Origin: Octopus bimaculoides
Taxonomy: Eukaryota
Direction: 5' to 3'
Length of the DNA: 64,000 nucleotides
Assembly: GCF_001194135.2 (NCBI RefSeq)
Contig: NC_068993.1
Coordinates: 44,319,361 to 44,383,360 of the forward strand
Position numbers and translations under genes: made by a program. How positions within the stretch are numbered: the stretch's first letter is position 1; every line of letters starts with the position of its first letter. The notes beneath the pieces were generated by a model. The model worked only from the letters and a program-made list of their open reading frames with translations, made no database searches and was not told where the DNA came from. Below, in pieces: positions 1 through 14,365 of the stretch.

Positions 1-43
1 GATAGAAATATTTACCAAAATTACATAAAATTATCTTTAAATA

Positions 44-530
44 CAGTAGTGGCCATAATATAAGGGTCATTAAGAACAAGTGTATTATTATAGAAGATTA
101 ACAAAACGTTGAGACTAGATATTTTACACATATTTAGATATATCTAACTCTTACTATTAATATTTTGTGAACATCTCTTTACTATCAATGACCTCCTGAC
201 ATCTCTTACCACAAGACTGAATTAATCTCTTGCAAAATGATGGAGTAATATTGTTCCATTCGTTTTTCAATAATTCCCAGAGTATCACTCTCGGTACATG
301 TCCACAGATTGCACTGTCCCCAGAATGATACTCAAACACTCTGAAATGTCCATACTGGAGCTTCTGGTGCAAATGCCAAGCAGCACAGCATGTCTTTTCC
401 AAATTTCTGACAGTGAAAATCATCATGGTATTGTTTTTCTCACAAACACTGCCCAACTGACCCTGCTATACTGTGTAGTCAACAAAATCAAAAACAAATT
501 AATGATGCACATGTGAGAAATTAAAAATAT
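44..530 (-). mobile_element. Internally deleted Tc1-like transposon remnant
   Basis: TA-CAGT terminus at 42-47; the ORF 157-456 C-terminus (LKNEWNNITPSFCKRLIQSCGKRCQEVIDSKEMFTKY) resembles a Tc1 transposase end; another frame gives a stop-containing HTH-like N-terminus (SEIWKRHAVLLGI). Confidence 0.75.
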
Positions 531-570
531 AGAATGGCGACAATTTACCCATCGCACCTTCTGTGTGTGC

Positions 571-615
<45 letters not shown>

Positions 616-959
616 AAACTCTGTGCTGCATCTCGGAATATATATATATATGTATGTGTGTGTATATATNNNNNNNNNNNNNNNNNNNNNNNNNNNNNNN
701 NNNNNNNNNNNNNNNNNNNNNNNNNNNNNNNNNNNNNNTATATATATATATATATATATATATTATGCATAATTTTTCCAGTATGTCTTTGTGTGAGTCC
801 TTTACTAACAAATTAACACTGACTGTCAGACCAACCTTGATGATGTCAGTATTACTTGCTTCCTTTTAGAAAATAAATAAATGAATATAAAGCAGAGTTT
901 CTGTGAGGTCAAGGTAGTGGAATACTGAGCACTAACTTTATTATGACATTTTGTTGTGT

Positions 960-1343
960 TGTACTTCTGAATATGACACATACTGTTCTGCTTTTGTGTC
1001 AAAGAACACTACTTAAGTTACAGGAACTGAACTGTCGTTCAAGTACTGTCACCCAACATATTCACCAAACCTTGCACCAACAGACTATCATGTTTTCCAG
1101 GTAATAGACAACTTTTTGCCAGGAAAAAACTTCAAATCTGAAGAAGATGCAAAAAAGCCTTTAGTGATTTCATCACCTCTTGCTCTCCAGAAATCTACAT
1201 TGCTGGCATAAACTACCAATAAAAAGGCAAAATTGTGTTGATAATTTAAGTGCATACTTTGATTAACTGCATTGCTTTTTGCTGAGATAAAGTAAAATAA
1301 ACTTTAGTTCAAAATTGGACATTTCATTCTTAATGACCTGATA
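960..1343 (+). mobile_element. Mariner transposase 3' remnant with right TIR
   Basis: From 1050 reads HPTYSPNLAPTDYHVFQVIDNFLPGKNFKSEEDAKK (YSPDL-type motif), frameshifted; ends in a TIR-like ...cattcttaatgacctgata. Confidence 0.85.
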
Positions 1344-1438
1344 TAAAGGAGTATAAAGAAACCAACAAAATCATTACACTCATTGGTCTGGATACTCGTA
1401 CATTAAATGAATTTGTGTACAAATCTCTCTTCTTCTCC

Positions 1439-1473
<35 letters not shown>

Positions 1474-2301
1474 CTTATAGCATCTATTTAAATACAATAT
1501 AGTTTTCCTCTTATTCTTTCCATATTTTTGTTTTTACATTATAACATTATGAATGTTTGAGATGGTTGATACAATTCATTTTCAATACCTTCGTATTTTG
1601 GCTTTAAAAAGAAAACTCTTGCTGTTACTCTTCAAGACCAAACTGAACTTAAAGAAAGGATGGAGGTTGGGAGAACACTAACAGATGTTATTGGCTAAAA
1701 TTTAATACTGATCAATCTGCACATCTAGTATTAATTGATATTGATGGATGTTTGCTAACATCCATCAATAGATAGCTTTTGATTCTAATGTTACACACTC
1801 AATTATTTGTAAGCATATATTTCATCCATCAAAAATTCATAACCTGAGGGAAGATGTCCCATGGTCCAGGCTTAGTTCAGGCCCCAACTAATGCACTATA
1901 GAGGTTCTTGAATTTAGCTGTGACATCATATTGGTACCTCTCTTTTGGCAATGCAGTTTAGTCATTCACCTGACAGGGACAAATTCCACTGAAATAGATA
2001 ATATCAGTAACAGGTAGAGCCCATAGGCTCGGGAAGAAGGAGTGCAGGGGATGCAAGTGTACCCTCTAAAATTTTGGGTAAGCGATGAAAACATTTTGAA
2101 CATTTTCTTGCAAAACTTCATTAGAATGAACAAGGGTAGAAACATTTCTGGGCTGATTTTAAGCATTACTTTACCATTATTAGATTTACCTGATTTAATT
2201 GATACACAAATATCATAATAATTATTATTGTTATACCTGTGTTTGGTTTGATATTAAGATTAAAAAAGATTGACCTTGTTTGTAAAAAAAATTAATGATG
2301 C

Positions 2302-2354
<53 letters not shown>

Positions 2355-5300
2355 ATATATATATATATTCCGAGATGCAGCACAGGGTTTGCACGCCCTA
2401 AGTAAATTTCATTCCTGCACTTAGATCAGGTGAAACCCACCTGGTCTACATTGTACATCTGTCATGTCATTTGAAACTTTGATAATTAAATAAACTTTAT
2501 ATTTTGCATGTGTTTGTATGTTTAATTGTTGTAGACTCACTGTTATACACACCCATCTCTTATACATGAGACTGTGTATTATATATCAATTATAGTTAAT
2601 TCACTTAGATACACACAACAATAATACACACCCTCTTGTATTACTCCTATTTAAAAGGATGCATTTTGCCATGCCATGTTAGGAATCTCTGGTTGCTATT
2701 AATTTCAGTAGGTCCTCAGTTTGTTTTGTTGTCTCTCTGCCAATAGCATCAATATGCTTGTGTGACCCTTGTTCACTATTAGTGTTCAAAAGTTTCCAAA
2801 ATATAACACTTGATATAGCCTGGTATTCAGCTTTGTTGCAACAATCATCAAAGCTTATTCAGCAATAATAGTAGATACAGATGAAATATGGCCATTAATC
2901 TCCTCTTGGGCCTTGTGCTCAAGCCATGCAATACTTTGCACCCTCAAGAGAAGCTTAATATATGGTATGTTTCAGTTTTCAATCCACTTAAAATTTCAAT
3001 TGACATATGATCCATTTTTAATCCATTAAAATTCCATCTAAATACCAGTTTAATAATGACAGCAACATGATCAATTAATAGTGGAGTGTAAGTTATCAGA
3101 ATACTTTGTGGTACTCATTTCAGGTCGTTGCCCTGAGTTCAAATCTTATTGACATCATTCACCCTTTCAGGATTGGGCAAATTAAGTGCCTACAGACTTA
3201 GTGTGGCAACAAAAGTAAATTTTTAAAACAACACTAGCACCAACTAGATGGTGTTGTGGAGTTGAAAGAGGGATTCCTCCAGTTGGATTAGCATGTGACT
3301 TGGTGAGAAATATTTGATCTAGTATCTGAAGTGTATATGGGCATATGTCATATATTAGTTTATATTACACAAAACATCAACTATTGAATACACCAACCAC
3401 ATGTATAAATATACATGTGTGTGTCTGTGTATGTATGTGTATATGTATATATATGTATATGACTTTTCAACTTAAATCAGAATAAGTATATACATAACTG
3501 GATGTGTGTGTGTGTGTGTGTGTTTGTGTGTATATTCACATACACATGCATGTATTTCGTACACACATTTGTGTATGTTTATAAATATTTGTCTTTTCCT
3601 TTCTTTGTGTACACACACACACATAAATTCAGAAGCTGGTCATTCTGTCACTGCTCAGTTTCTTGTGATATGCAATCCTTCACATGATAAAGTGTTGACA
3701 TTTCATCAGTTGAACCTTCTGTCACTAGCAACTCTGAGTTGTGACAGTGACTCATCAACTTCTCTTATTAAATAGTTTTTCTCTTGCTTGCACTTCCAAA
3801 CAAGCAAGTATATGTATGGTTATGTATAACACATTTGTTCTCTAAAACAACACATAAATTCAAATAAAGAACTCGGCACCATTTCATAACACAGTTGAGT
3901 ATTGCATACTTATTTAAGCTGAAAGTTAGCACTGGATTAACCCATTAAGCAAAATAAGTACGTGCTAAGGGCATCAAGGCATGGGGGCACCACAGAAATG
4001 AAAATGATTTACGGCACTACAGAAATCACTTTGAACTTGCTAAAATATTTGTAATGCTTTATCTCTCTACTAAGTATAGGAGCAGAAGTTTTATGTAAAA
4101 TTAATTTTAACGATATCATTGAATACTTTGCAACTAAAAAAAAAAAAAAAAAAAANNNNNNNNNNNNNNNNNNNNNNNNNNNNNNNNNNNNNNNNNNNNN
4201 NNNNNNNNNNNNNNNNNNNNNNNNNNNNNNNNNNNNNNNNNNNNNNNNNNNNNNNNNNNNNNNNNNNNNNNNNNNNNNNNNNNNNNNNNNNNNNNNNNNN
4301 NNNNNNNNNNNNNNNNNNNNNNNNNNNNNNNNNNNNNNNNNNNNNNNNNNNNNNNNNNNNNNNNNNNNNNNNNNNNNNNNNNNNNNNNNNNNNNNNNNNN
4401 NNNNNNNNNNNNNNNNNNNNNNNNNNNNNNNNNNNNNNNNNNNNNNNNNNNNNNNNNNNNNNNNNNNNNNNNNNNNNNNNNNNNNNNNNNNNNNNNNNNN
4501 NNNNNNNNNNNNNNNNNNNNNNNNNNNNNNNNNNNNNNNNNNNNNNNNNNNNNNNNNNNNNNNNNNNNNNNNNNNNNNNNNNNNNNNNNNNNNNNNNNNN
4601 NNNNNNNNNNNNNNNNNNNNNNNNNNNNNNNNNNNNNNNNNNNNNNNNNNNNNNNNNNNNNNNNNNNNNNNNNNNNNNNNNNNNNNNNNNNNNNNNNNNN
4701 NNNNNNNNNNNNNNNNNNNNNNNNNNNNNNNNNNNNNNNNNNNNNNNNNNNNNNNNNNNNNNNNNNNNNNNNNNNNNNNNNNNNNNNNNNNNNNNNNNNN
4801 NNNNNNNNNNNNNNNNNNNNNNNNNNNNNNNNNNNNNNNNNNNNNNNNNNNNNNNNNNNNNNNNNNNNNNNNNNNNNNNNNNNNNNNNNNNNNNNNNNNN
4901 NNNNNNNNNNNNNNNNNNNNNNNNNNNNNNNNNNNNNNNNNNNNNNNNNNNNNNNNNNNNNNNNNNNNNNNTATATATATTGCTGATCTTGAGCATTGGT
5001 TTAATGTCTTTTTTTTTTTTTACATATATTTCTTTTATGGGTTAAAAAAAAAATTCTCTCTGTTTCTTCATCTTCCTGTCCATTCATCCATCTATCCATT
5101 TCTCTCTGTATATATATATATGTACTATTCATCTATTTATATTTAAGTATGTCTCTACCTGTTTGTCTCGCAAAGGAGCTGGCTATCCCTCTAGCTGTCT
5201 GTTTGCCAAGCTATCTAGCTACCTCACTATCTGTCTATCCATCTACCTGTCTGTCTGTATTCATCTACCTTTCCAAGTGTCCATCTACTTGTGTCTACCC

Positions 5301-5535
5301 TCTACCTGTCTGTCTACCTCTCCATCTGTCCATCTAGTTAGCTAGCTAATCTGCTGGTTTAACCCTTTCCCTACATAGCTGACATACATAACTGTTTATA
5401 TTTAGCTACCAAATTATTCGGATTTTTTTTTTTTGTTTAAATTGTGTGAAAGAAGATATTGCTTTTATATTTAGAAGGGGAGTGGTACATTTTATGACAC
5501 ACATATACATGCACACATGACAATGCACAAACTCT

Positions 5536-5541
<6 letters not shown>

Positions 5542-5620
<79 letters not shown>
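5542..5620. repeat. (CT)n microsatellite
   Basis: Directly visible; others near 28778-28814 and 39270-39395. Confidence 0.95.
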
Positions 5621-5627
<7 letters not shown>

Positions 5628-8600
5628 TACACACTTACTTTTGCTGCTACTTCATTTATTGTTGCTTATAAATATATATTTTAATTATAAATATGTCTCT
5701 TATAAAAAGTAGTTCAGGAAATAAGTGTATACATGTGTATATGTTTGATATATTTCTGTGTTTGTACATGTTTCTATGTCTGCCTCTTTGTGTGTTTGCA
5801 TGTAATATTCCAAATCTGTAATTTTGGCATATTCATCCACTTATCTATGATACCTACAGATAGGGAGGGTAACATATTTATTTACTAACAGACCATCTCC
5901 TACTTCACCCCACCACATCAACAAGCATGTTATAAGATTCCCTTCTATTGAAGTTGCATTTTTGCATTCTCCTTTGTGTGTGTGTGTGAGTGTGTGTGTG
6001 TGTGTGTGTGTTTGTGTGGGAGGGTGTTTCTTTTTTGGAGGAGGGCATTTTTTTTTGTTTTTGAAATGCATGGAGTTTTCTGTTCTTTGAGTTTTTATTT
6101 ATTTTTATATTTTATTTCCTCTTTTAATATAAAACTACAGTGTAAGTATTGAAGCCCAAACAAGCATGTACATATACACCACATACACATGCACACACAA
6201 ACATAAAAAAACACCTATCAAACACCTATCATCATCATTTTAAGATCTACATTTTCATGCTTGCTTGCTTGGGTCACAGACTGTGCAGGTCACACTGTGT
6301 AACCTGAACAAACATGTCATACACAAACATATGTCGCACACACAGACACACAATTATTGTTCACCCAAAACAGCTGTAAAGATAAGATTACTACATTATT
6401 TCTTTTGTTTATTTGTATTTGCAACCTTCTGTGTAAATACACTTCTCACACCTATTTTCGTTTAATCTGCCTTTTTTACTTTCATACTCGCACTTGAACA
6501 TATCATCTATATATCTATATTTACACACACATACGCATCTTGAGAATGTAACCCTTTGTTTATTTAAAGAAAAGATATCAATAACAATAAATAATATTTG
6601 TGGTTGTGTAGAAATGAAGAAAATAAGTGACATTTGTTGACCATGGTGATGTTTGTTGATGGAAGAAATTGATGAAATTGCAAGCATTTAGGCTAGCTTA
6701 ATCTCTGGGCTAAGGCACACTCAACAGATAGTTAGATGTATTACTTCGTGTTGTAGCAACCTATCAGTTGTGGGTTCTTTTTTCCATTGTTAAAAGTTCT
6801 TAAATGTCATAGCCTTACTACTCTCTTTAAAGAACTACAAAACAATAAAAAAGTTAATATATTTGAATATTGGATTGGGAATCATGAATCAGGGGTTCAT
6901 ATCATCTGTAGATATTGTTTCCAAGATAGAGCAGCTAATTACTGTAAGCAGTTATACTTGCAACTGAATGCTGTTTGTTGTTAAACTCTCAACAGTGGGG
7001 GAATAATGGGAGTTAATGAAAGACCATTAGTCTCTGTAACCAATCTTTATATTATCTGTACAATTTTCCCAAAGACTTGAGATATATCCTCCAAGATTAA
7101 TTCTACGCTAAAACTGTTCTTTTAATTTTTTTACTAAATTCAATCATTAGACATATGCCCTTTCTCCTGACTAAGACACACAAAAAAAGTGTAAGGTACT
7201 TAATTTGAATATTGGATTATGAATCAGGAATTTAAATCCATTGTAGATGCTTGTTGTTTCTAGGTGCTTAGTTCTCATTATTTTACCTCGTTTGAACCCT
7301 AACTATAGAGAATAGATAATGTCTTCTGAGAAAATAACCTGTGTAGATTAGCATCATATTTAGTGGGATGTTTATTTCTCATCTGCTTGATATTTCTATA
7401 AATTGAAGTGAAGCACCTTTCTAGTGGATGCTAGAACTCCAGATTTTTATGTTACTGGAATAAACAAACTTGTTGGCAAAAATGTGATGTTTGTAATGGT
7501 ACTTACTTTGATGAATAAAATTTCCACTGTATCGAAATATATTGTGATGAATTTCATGTTTCAAAATGTTGCTTACTTTTTACTCAGCCTGATAGACATA
7601 CTTATATACATATTTTCTTTTTTCTGACATTTAAAGGATTCTTCTGTTGGACATGTTCCTGGTGGCACCATTTAAGATAGTAGTATTTATCTATTGAAAT
7701 GATACAATAATTTCAAATACACATAATTTTGTTCCAGTATTTCTCTCTCCTTTTTCTCTATATATCATTTATGTTAAATGCCAAAGTCATTGCAAACACT
7801 GTTAAATTGAGGAATTATCAGCTATCTGGAGAGACATATAAATCAACAGCTGTTGTTTTTGTTTTACTACAATTTCCTTCTACTTTAAAAAAAAAAAAAA
7901 GATTCTTTTACACCGTGCATGAAATATAGATGGATAGCTAGATAGATGGATACATAGCTAGAGACAGATAGATATAGAGATGTTTTCATGTGTACACATA
8001 AATCCACTAAATGCTTTGATATATATGTAAATAAGTACATATATTCACATATACATACTTGTTGAAAGGGCAATATGCACCTTCCTGTGCCATTTATTTC
8101 TGATTATTTCTGTAAAATCTCCTTAGGATATGTACACTTTTGCAATTAGCATTTTATATTTTGCCTACAAAGAAATTGCTTGAAAATAGCAAAGCTTTGT
8201 GTATACATGTGTGTCTATAGCAATTACATTGTACAAAAGGCATTTTAATCATCAGAAACTACAAGAACTGTTTAATATATACAAGCATGCAAGCACCTAT
8301 ACCATGGAGCACAAAAAACAGATCATGAAATGAAGAAAAAATTTATGCAATGAAAGAACATTATGTAATGAAAGCATTGTTTTCCTTTTCTTTCTTCAAT
8401 TATGCAAGGTCTTATTTCAACCACCAAAATTATGTAAGAACCATATTCATAGGTGATATGTGCATCATGTCATAGGTGTGTGTCCAGTGACAAGTCTAGA
8501 TGAAATTGTTCAGTAAATTTGGCTTATCTTTTCAAGAGTAGAATGCTAGGTGTCAGTCATTTAGTATTGTTTATAGATATAAAGGTTTAAAGAGAAAAGA

Positions 8601-10029
8601 GAGGAATAGAGATTAGCGGAAGCTGATGGAAATAATGAGAGAGAGGGGGTAGTTAAGAGACAAGACAACATGAAGAACAGCCAAACAAAGACCAGATATA
8701 AATAAGATAAAATTAATTGCTAGCCGAAGGGAATTGTAGTCAGTTCACCTTGCAGGGGTCAAAGTTGTCAATCTCTGATGATAAAGCTGTTAAGAAACTC
8801 AGAAGCAATAGACATAGAGGCATGGGAGAAAGTGGAAGATAATACAAGTACAGTAAGCTGAAGATAAATTATAACTTTACATAAGAGCAAAGGTGCTACA
8901 GAATTTGTGTCTGCAAGAGAAGATTACATTAGAGAATCAATTAAGAGGTCTTATTTTGGCATGATATGGTCCTCAATAACATAATTCATAAATGAAAAGG
9001 TTAGTGTTGTATAGGGTTCCACTACAAATTATGAACCAGAATAGGGTATAAGATATACCCTGGGGCTTGACGTGGTGTATGCAGATGGCTTGTGAAGTAG
9101 ATTGTTTAGAGGCCCTATTTGAGAAGGAGCTCAGGTGTGCAAGGTAGCATTACTTGACGTCAATCTACCTCACTACTACATGCACACATGCATCCCAACT
9201 GATATGGCCAACAACTTGCTTAACATAGATAAAACTAGATTAACACCCCCACTTAGCTCTTGGATGTCTTTAGTAAAGTCCACTCTTTTACATGTATTCA
9301 GCTTAGGTCACCAGTCTCGCATTAAATTTCTCTCTTCGTCCCACTATTCGTAGAAGCCTGAAAAGGACTGCTTTTCCTCCTCTAAGTCATTAATGAAAAG
9401 AATAAAAAATGTTCTATGAATGAAAGATTAAAGTTCAAAACATTATTTGTAACAAGGAAATTAAAAGGATAATTATCATAATAATAGCATATTATGGGAG
9501 TAAATTTGAATACCAGGATCAATTACTACCAAACAATTGTAAGTTGCTTCATAGAAGTATAGTATATGTCTTTCTAAACATCATTTGAATGAGTAAATGT
9601 CAAACGCAAGCTATAGAAGGTTATTGCTGCTCCATACTCTATTGTAGAAGTATCTTCTTGACTACAATTCCTTACTCCTGTTACTGCAGACAGACAAAAG
9701 CACATTTGAGTGCTGCTTGTATATCAACATATCTATTGTTGTGTTAACCCTTTCTGTTTTATTACATATTGTAGGGCTCTGTAAAGGACAGTACCACATA
9801 ATGTGTAATCATAGTTATTTATGTGCATTGTAGTTTGAAGCAGAATGGTACTGAAGCAATTGTAACTGATATCAAACTTGTAATACTTACTTCATCTCCT
9901 TTTACATGAGTAAAAAAGAGACAGACAGAAAAAAGGAAAATGTCCCTTGCATTTGAAACTATGGAAATATTTAAAAAAAGACATTTAATTTAATTTTTCC
10001 ACAATTTAATTGTTTTTTATGCTTTACTC

Positions 10030-10131
10030 TAAGTTGAAAAGTCGCAAAGACTGAAACTGGTACTAAAATGTTCTTCATGATAAAATTATTTTAGCATTTT
10101 CTACCTTGTCTTATTTTCCTTTTAAATATTA
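10030..10131 (+). repeat. Dispersed repeat end followed by (TA)n; second copy at 15848-15945
   Basis: Shared ttcatgataaaattattttagcattttctaccttgtcttattttcct. Confidence 0.7.
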
Positions 10132-10150
10132 AATCATGTGTTCTTTTCAA

Positions 10151-10198
<48 letters not shown>

Positions 10199-11856
10199 TA
10201 TGTATATGACTGGCTTCCTTTAGCTTTCATCTACCAAACCCATTCACAAGGCTTTGGTCAGTTTAGAGAAATGAATTGACAGTCTTATATAAACATTGCT
10301 TGAACTTGTACTCTGGAGAGGAAGTTTCTGTGTACAAATATCTGCTCACCTTCGAACAACAGAGGCCTGCATATATGTGTATATAGATATTCAAAAAAGA
10401 TGTTAGGGAATGTGTCTATACAAAAGGATGTATAGCTACAGATGGAACTCTTTCATCATAAGTATGCTCAATCATAGCTGACTTGAGGCTAAACATTAAC
10501 CATAAATATTTCTAGCTTAAGCAGAATCCTCATTATTGATTCTTCACCCTTCCCCTGTCATTTACCCTTTCTCCTATGCAAAAATATACTAAATAATCTG
10601 AATATATCAAGCACACATCACTGTCAAAATGTTATCTTTAAGATAGCCTGTTAGTGCTAGTGTGTGTGTGCGCGCGCATGTATGTGTAATATATCATCTG
10701 TGAAACTAAGTGATTCAGAGATCTAGAGTCATAAATTACTCAAAGGTTTAGTTTCATAACAGAACATTTCAAACTAAACAGCTTTTAGACTCAATCTGAA
10801 AAAAATCTTTCACACAAAAAAGAAAGAAAACAAAGCGATATTCTCACATCATGCAACAGTTTTTTAAAAATCTTCTTTATGATTGATGTGTGTAATTATT
10901 TAATGGAATTTTTTGTTCTTTTTTTTGCTGGCTGTTGAAAATCTGACTCTTCAAATCTGTCCAACGTATGCAAGCATGGAGAGGTGGACATTAAATGATG
11001 ATCTTTCTGAAAGATTAAATGTTTTTACTATACATGTGATAGTTGGTTTAAATTCTATTTAGTTTGACAAGTTCTTTGAAATGAAACTCTAAGCTTTTGA
11101 GTCACAGTCAATAGCTTCACAGCTAATAAATAATATACAGACACTGCTTTGTGCATTGTGCCCCACTCCTCCCAATTGCAAAAACCATACACACACAGAC
11201 ATACATATACTTATATGCATTAACCTACATTTAAAAAAAAAAAAAGTTACATAAATGATGTTCAATAATTTGTACGGTGTTGCTATTGTATGTATGGCTG
11301 TCTGAAGTGACATTCTGAAAAGGTCATATAACCAGTTTTACCAGCAATGTTGCCACCATTCTCTTCTGCATGGATTTTGCCCTCTCTCTTTCTCTTTCTC
11401 ACATAAGCCTCATTATTTCTCATTCTGTCTTTCTCACTATATTTTTTTGTGTTCTTTCTCTTTCTTTCTGTCTCTCATTAATTTGAATGTATTCATTGTC
11501 TCTTATTCTTTTTCATTATTTTTTTCTCATTTTATTTACTCCCCACTTATCTCATTCATTTTGTTATTCTTTCCATTTAAATATTTCATATGAAAAATCT
11601 CTGAAAAAATTATTCCAAACAAAGATTAGTATTTCAAGGTATTTATGATGGTGGCATAAATAGAAGATTGAATGAAATTCTCAAAAATGAAAAAAAAAAA
11701 TTTCTTTCCTTTTTATCTGCCTTTTTTTCCCTTTTTTCATCACATTGTATTTTTGACCAACGCACTTTATTTTGTGTACTCAGCAAAATTACACGTGTGT
11801 ATTATGTGGTGTCTGTTAAATGTACACACCTTGTTAACTGTTTTACTCTTCTTTTG

Positions 11857-11892
<36 letters not shown>

Positions 11893-12529
11893 NNNNNNNN
11901 NNNNNNNNNNNNNNNNNNNNNNNNNNNNNNNNNNNNNNNNNNNNNNNNNNNNNNNNNNNNNNNNNNNNNNNNNNNNNNNNNNNNNNNNNNNNNNNNNNNN
12001 NNNNNNNNNNNNNNNNNNNNNNNNNNNNNNNNNNNNNNNNNNNNNNNNNNNNNNNNNNNNNNNNNNNNNNNNNNNNNNNNNNNNNNNNNNNNNNNNNNNN
12101 NNNNNNNNNNNNNNNNNNNNNNNNNNNNNNNNNNNNNNNNNNNNNNNNNNNNNNNNNNNNNNNNNNNNNNNNNNNNNNNNNNNNNNNNNNNNNNNNNNNN
12201 NNNNNNNNNNNNNNNNNNNNNNNNNNNNNNNNNNNNNNNNNNNNNNNNNNNNNNNNNNNNNNNNNNNNNNNNNNNNNNNNNNNNNNNNNNNNNNNNNNNN
12301 NNNNNNNNNNNNNNNNNNNNNNNNNNNNNNNNNNNNNNNNNNNNNNNNNNNNNNNNNNNNNNNNNNNNNNNNNNNNNNNNNNNNNNACCTAAATTTTTAG
12401 TGATGCTTGTTACATCAGGAGCTACTAAAAGTAGGATAGTGTATATAACTGCTTGGTTACAATTACTATCAGTCCTATAATTATCATTAGTATTAACATC
12501 ATTTTAAAGGACTAACTCCATCCCTTTGA

Positions 12530-12579
<50 letters not shown>

Positions 12580-12793
12580 GTTGGCAAGCTGGCAGAATCG
12601 TTAGCACACCGGGCGAAATACTTAGCGGTATTTCATCTACCTTTACATTCTGAGTTCTAATGCATCCTTGGTCAACTTTGCCTGTCATCCTTTCGGGGTC
12701 GATAAATTAAGTACTGTTGAAACACTGGGGTTTATGTAATCGACTTACCCCCTCCCCCCCAAATTTCAGGCCTTCTGCTTATAGTAGAAAGGG

Positions 12794-12832
<39 letters not shown>

Positions 12833-13046
12833 GTTATTATTATTAGGGTGGCGAGCTGGCATGCTGGACAAAATGCTTAGCAGTATTTCATCCATCACTC
12901 CGTTCTGAGTTCAGATTCCACCTAGACTGACTTTGCCTTTCATCCTTTTGGGGGTCAATGAAATAAGTAACCAGTTGAAGACTGGGGTTGATGTAATCAA
13001 CTCATTCACTCCCCAAAATTGCTGCCCTTGTGGCAAAATTTGAAAC

Positions 13047-13101
<55 letters not shown>

Positions 13102-13290
13102 GTTATTATTGTTATTATTGGCAGAATTGTTACCTCACTGAACAAAATGCTTAGTGGCATTTTTTCCAAATTTTACATTCTGAGTTGAAATGTTACCAAG
13201 GTTGCAACATTTTGCCTGTCTTTACATTTTGAGTTCAAATTCCACTAAGGTCAACTTTGCCTTTCATCCTTTCGGGATTGATAAAATTCC
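12580..13290 (+). mobile_element. Three tandem SINE copies separated by (ATT)n, core resembling the Deu/Nin SINE domain
   Basis: Repeated gctggcagaat...ttctgagttcaaat...gactttgcctttcatcctttcggggtcgataaa; the family name is from memory and needs a library search. Confidence 0.75.
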
Positions 13291-13819
13291 ATGCTGCATT
13301 TCTTCCAGCTCTTTATAGCCAAAAGGGGATGGAATAATGGATATTATAATTTTGGATGCACTGTGTCAGATAGGGAAGACAGGATGATCACACCTGGAAT
13401 GCCTTTAATTGTAGGGTTATAAAACTAAAAAATAAGCAAAAACAACCAATACATTTTATTTATTTGTCTAAGATGATCAAAACTAAGTAAATCCAAATTA
13501 TAAAGAAAATTAGCCTTAAATTCTTGAAGTTATTTTCTTTCTCTCTCTCTCTCTCTCTTTCCTCTCTCTTCAGTTTCTTTCCTCTTTAGCTTTTCTTTCT
13601 TTCCTCTCTCTCCCACTTCTTCTCTTTCAGTTTCTTTTCTCTTTAGCTTTTGTCTCTTTCTCTCTCCATTTCTTTTCTTGTATTCCTTTCCAAAATGTAT
13701 GTTTGGTCACTATGGGTCTACAAATTTTTCCCAAAATCATTGGAAATTTTTTTTTTCTTTTCAAAATTTTTTTTCTTGAGTTTTAGTTTCTTTTATTGCA
13801 TTCTATATTTATGAAACAT

Positions 13820-14365
13820 TTTGTCACTACATATTTAAATATGAAACAACAACGGACCACATATGTTTCAGACTAGATGTTTGATATTAAACAACAGTTG
13901 AACATCTGGTCTTGTCACAGGCAACCATCATTTTTGTCACTAAATATTTTGTATTAAACAACAAGGGGCCAACTTTCTTGAAACCAAATGTCTAATTTTA
14001 AACAACAAACCATCAGATTAAATGTTTAATTTTAAATAACAGTTAGCCATTCTTTTGTCGCAAATGTTTTATATCAAACAATGAATTATCTGTCTCTATT
14101 TAATATTAAACCTTAGCTAACCATCATTTTTGTCATTGAATGTATAGTATTAGGCAACAAATTTCCACTGATCCAGGTCATGAAACATAAAATATGACAG
14201 TTGACCCTTATTTGGTTGGTAACATATATTATTCAATTGGCCATCTTTTGCCACTAAATGTTAAATATTAAAAAATAATAGGTCATTTTTTTTTTGTCAC
14301 TAAATGATAGTTGGTCATCTTTTTGCTTCTACATGTTTCATATGCTTAATATTAAACAACAATGT
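13820..14365 (+). repeat. Degenerate minisatellite, ~45-nt unit
   Basis: Recurring ccatcatttttgtcactaaatgtttaatattaaacaacagttg-like unit, roughly ten decayed copies. Confidence 0.6.

Noticed and set aside
8580-9390. Purine-rich stretch that might be a LINE remnant
   Set aside because: No reverse transcriptase or endonuclease motif could be read in any frame.
10442-10461. Possible 20-nt microexon MELFHHK with a phase-2 donor
   Set aside because: Phase fits exon 18443, but there is no pyrimidine tract and spacing to the conserved Tyr is off by one; likely chance.
12525-14365. Repeat-spacer look of SINE chains and the minisatellite
   Set aside because: Not CRISPR: eukaryotic context, units of variable length, no constant repeat with unique spacers and no cas genes.
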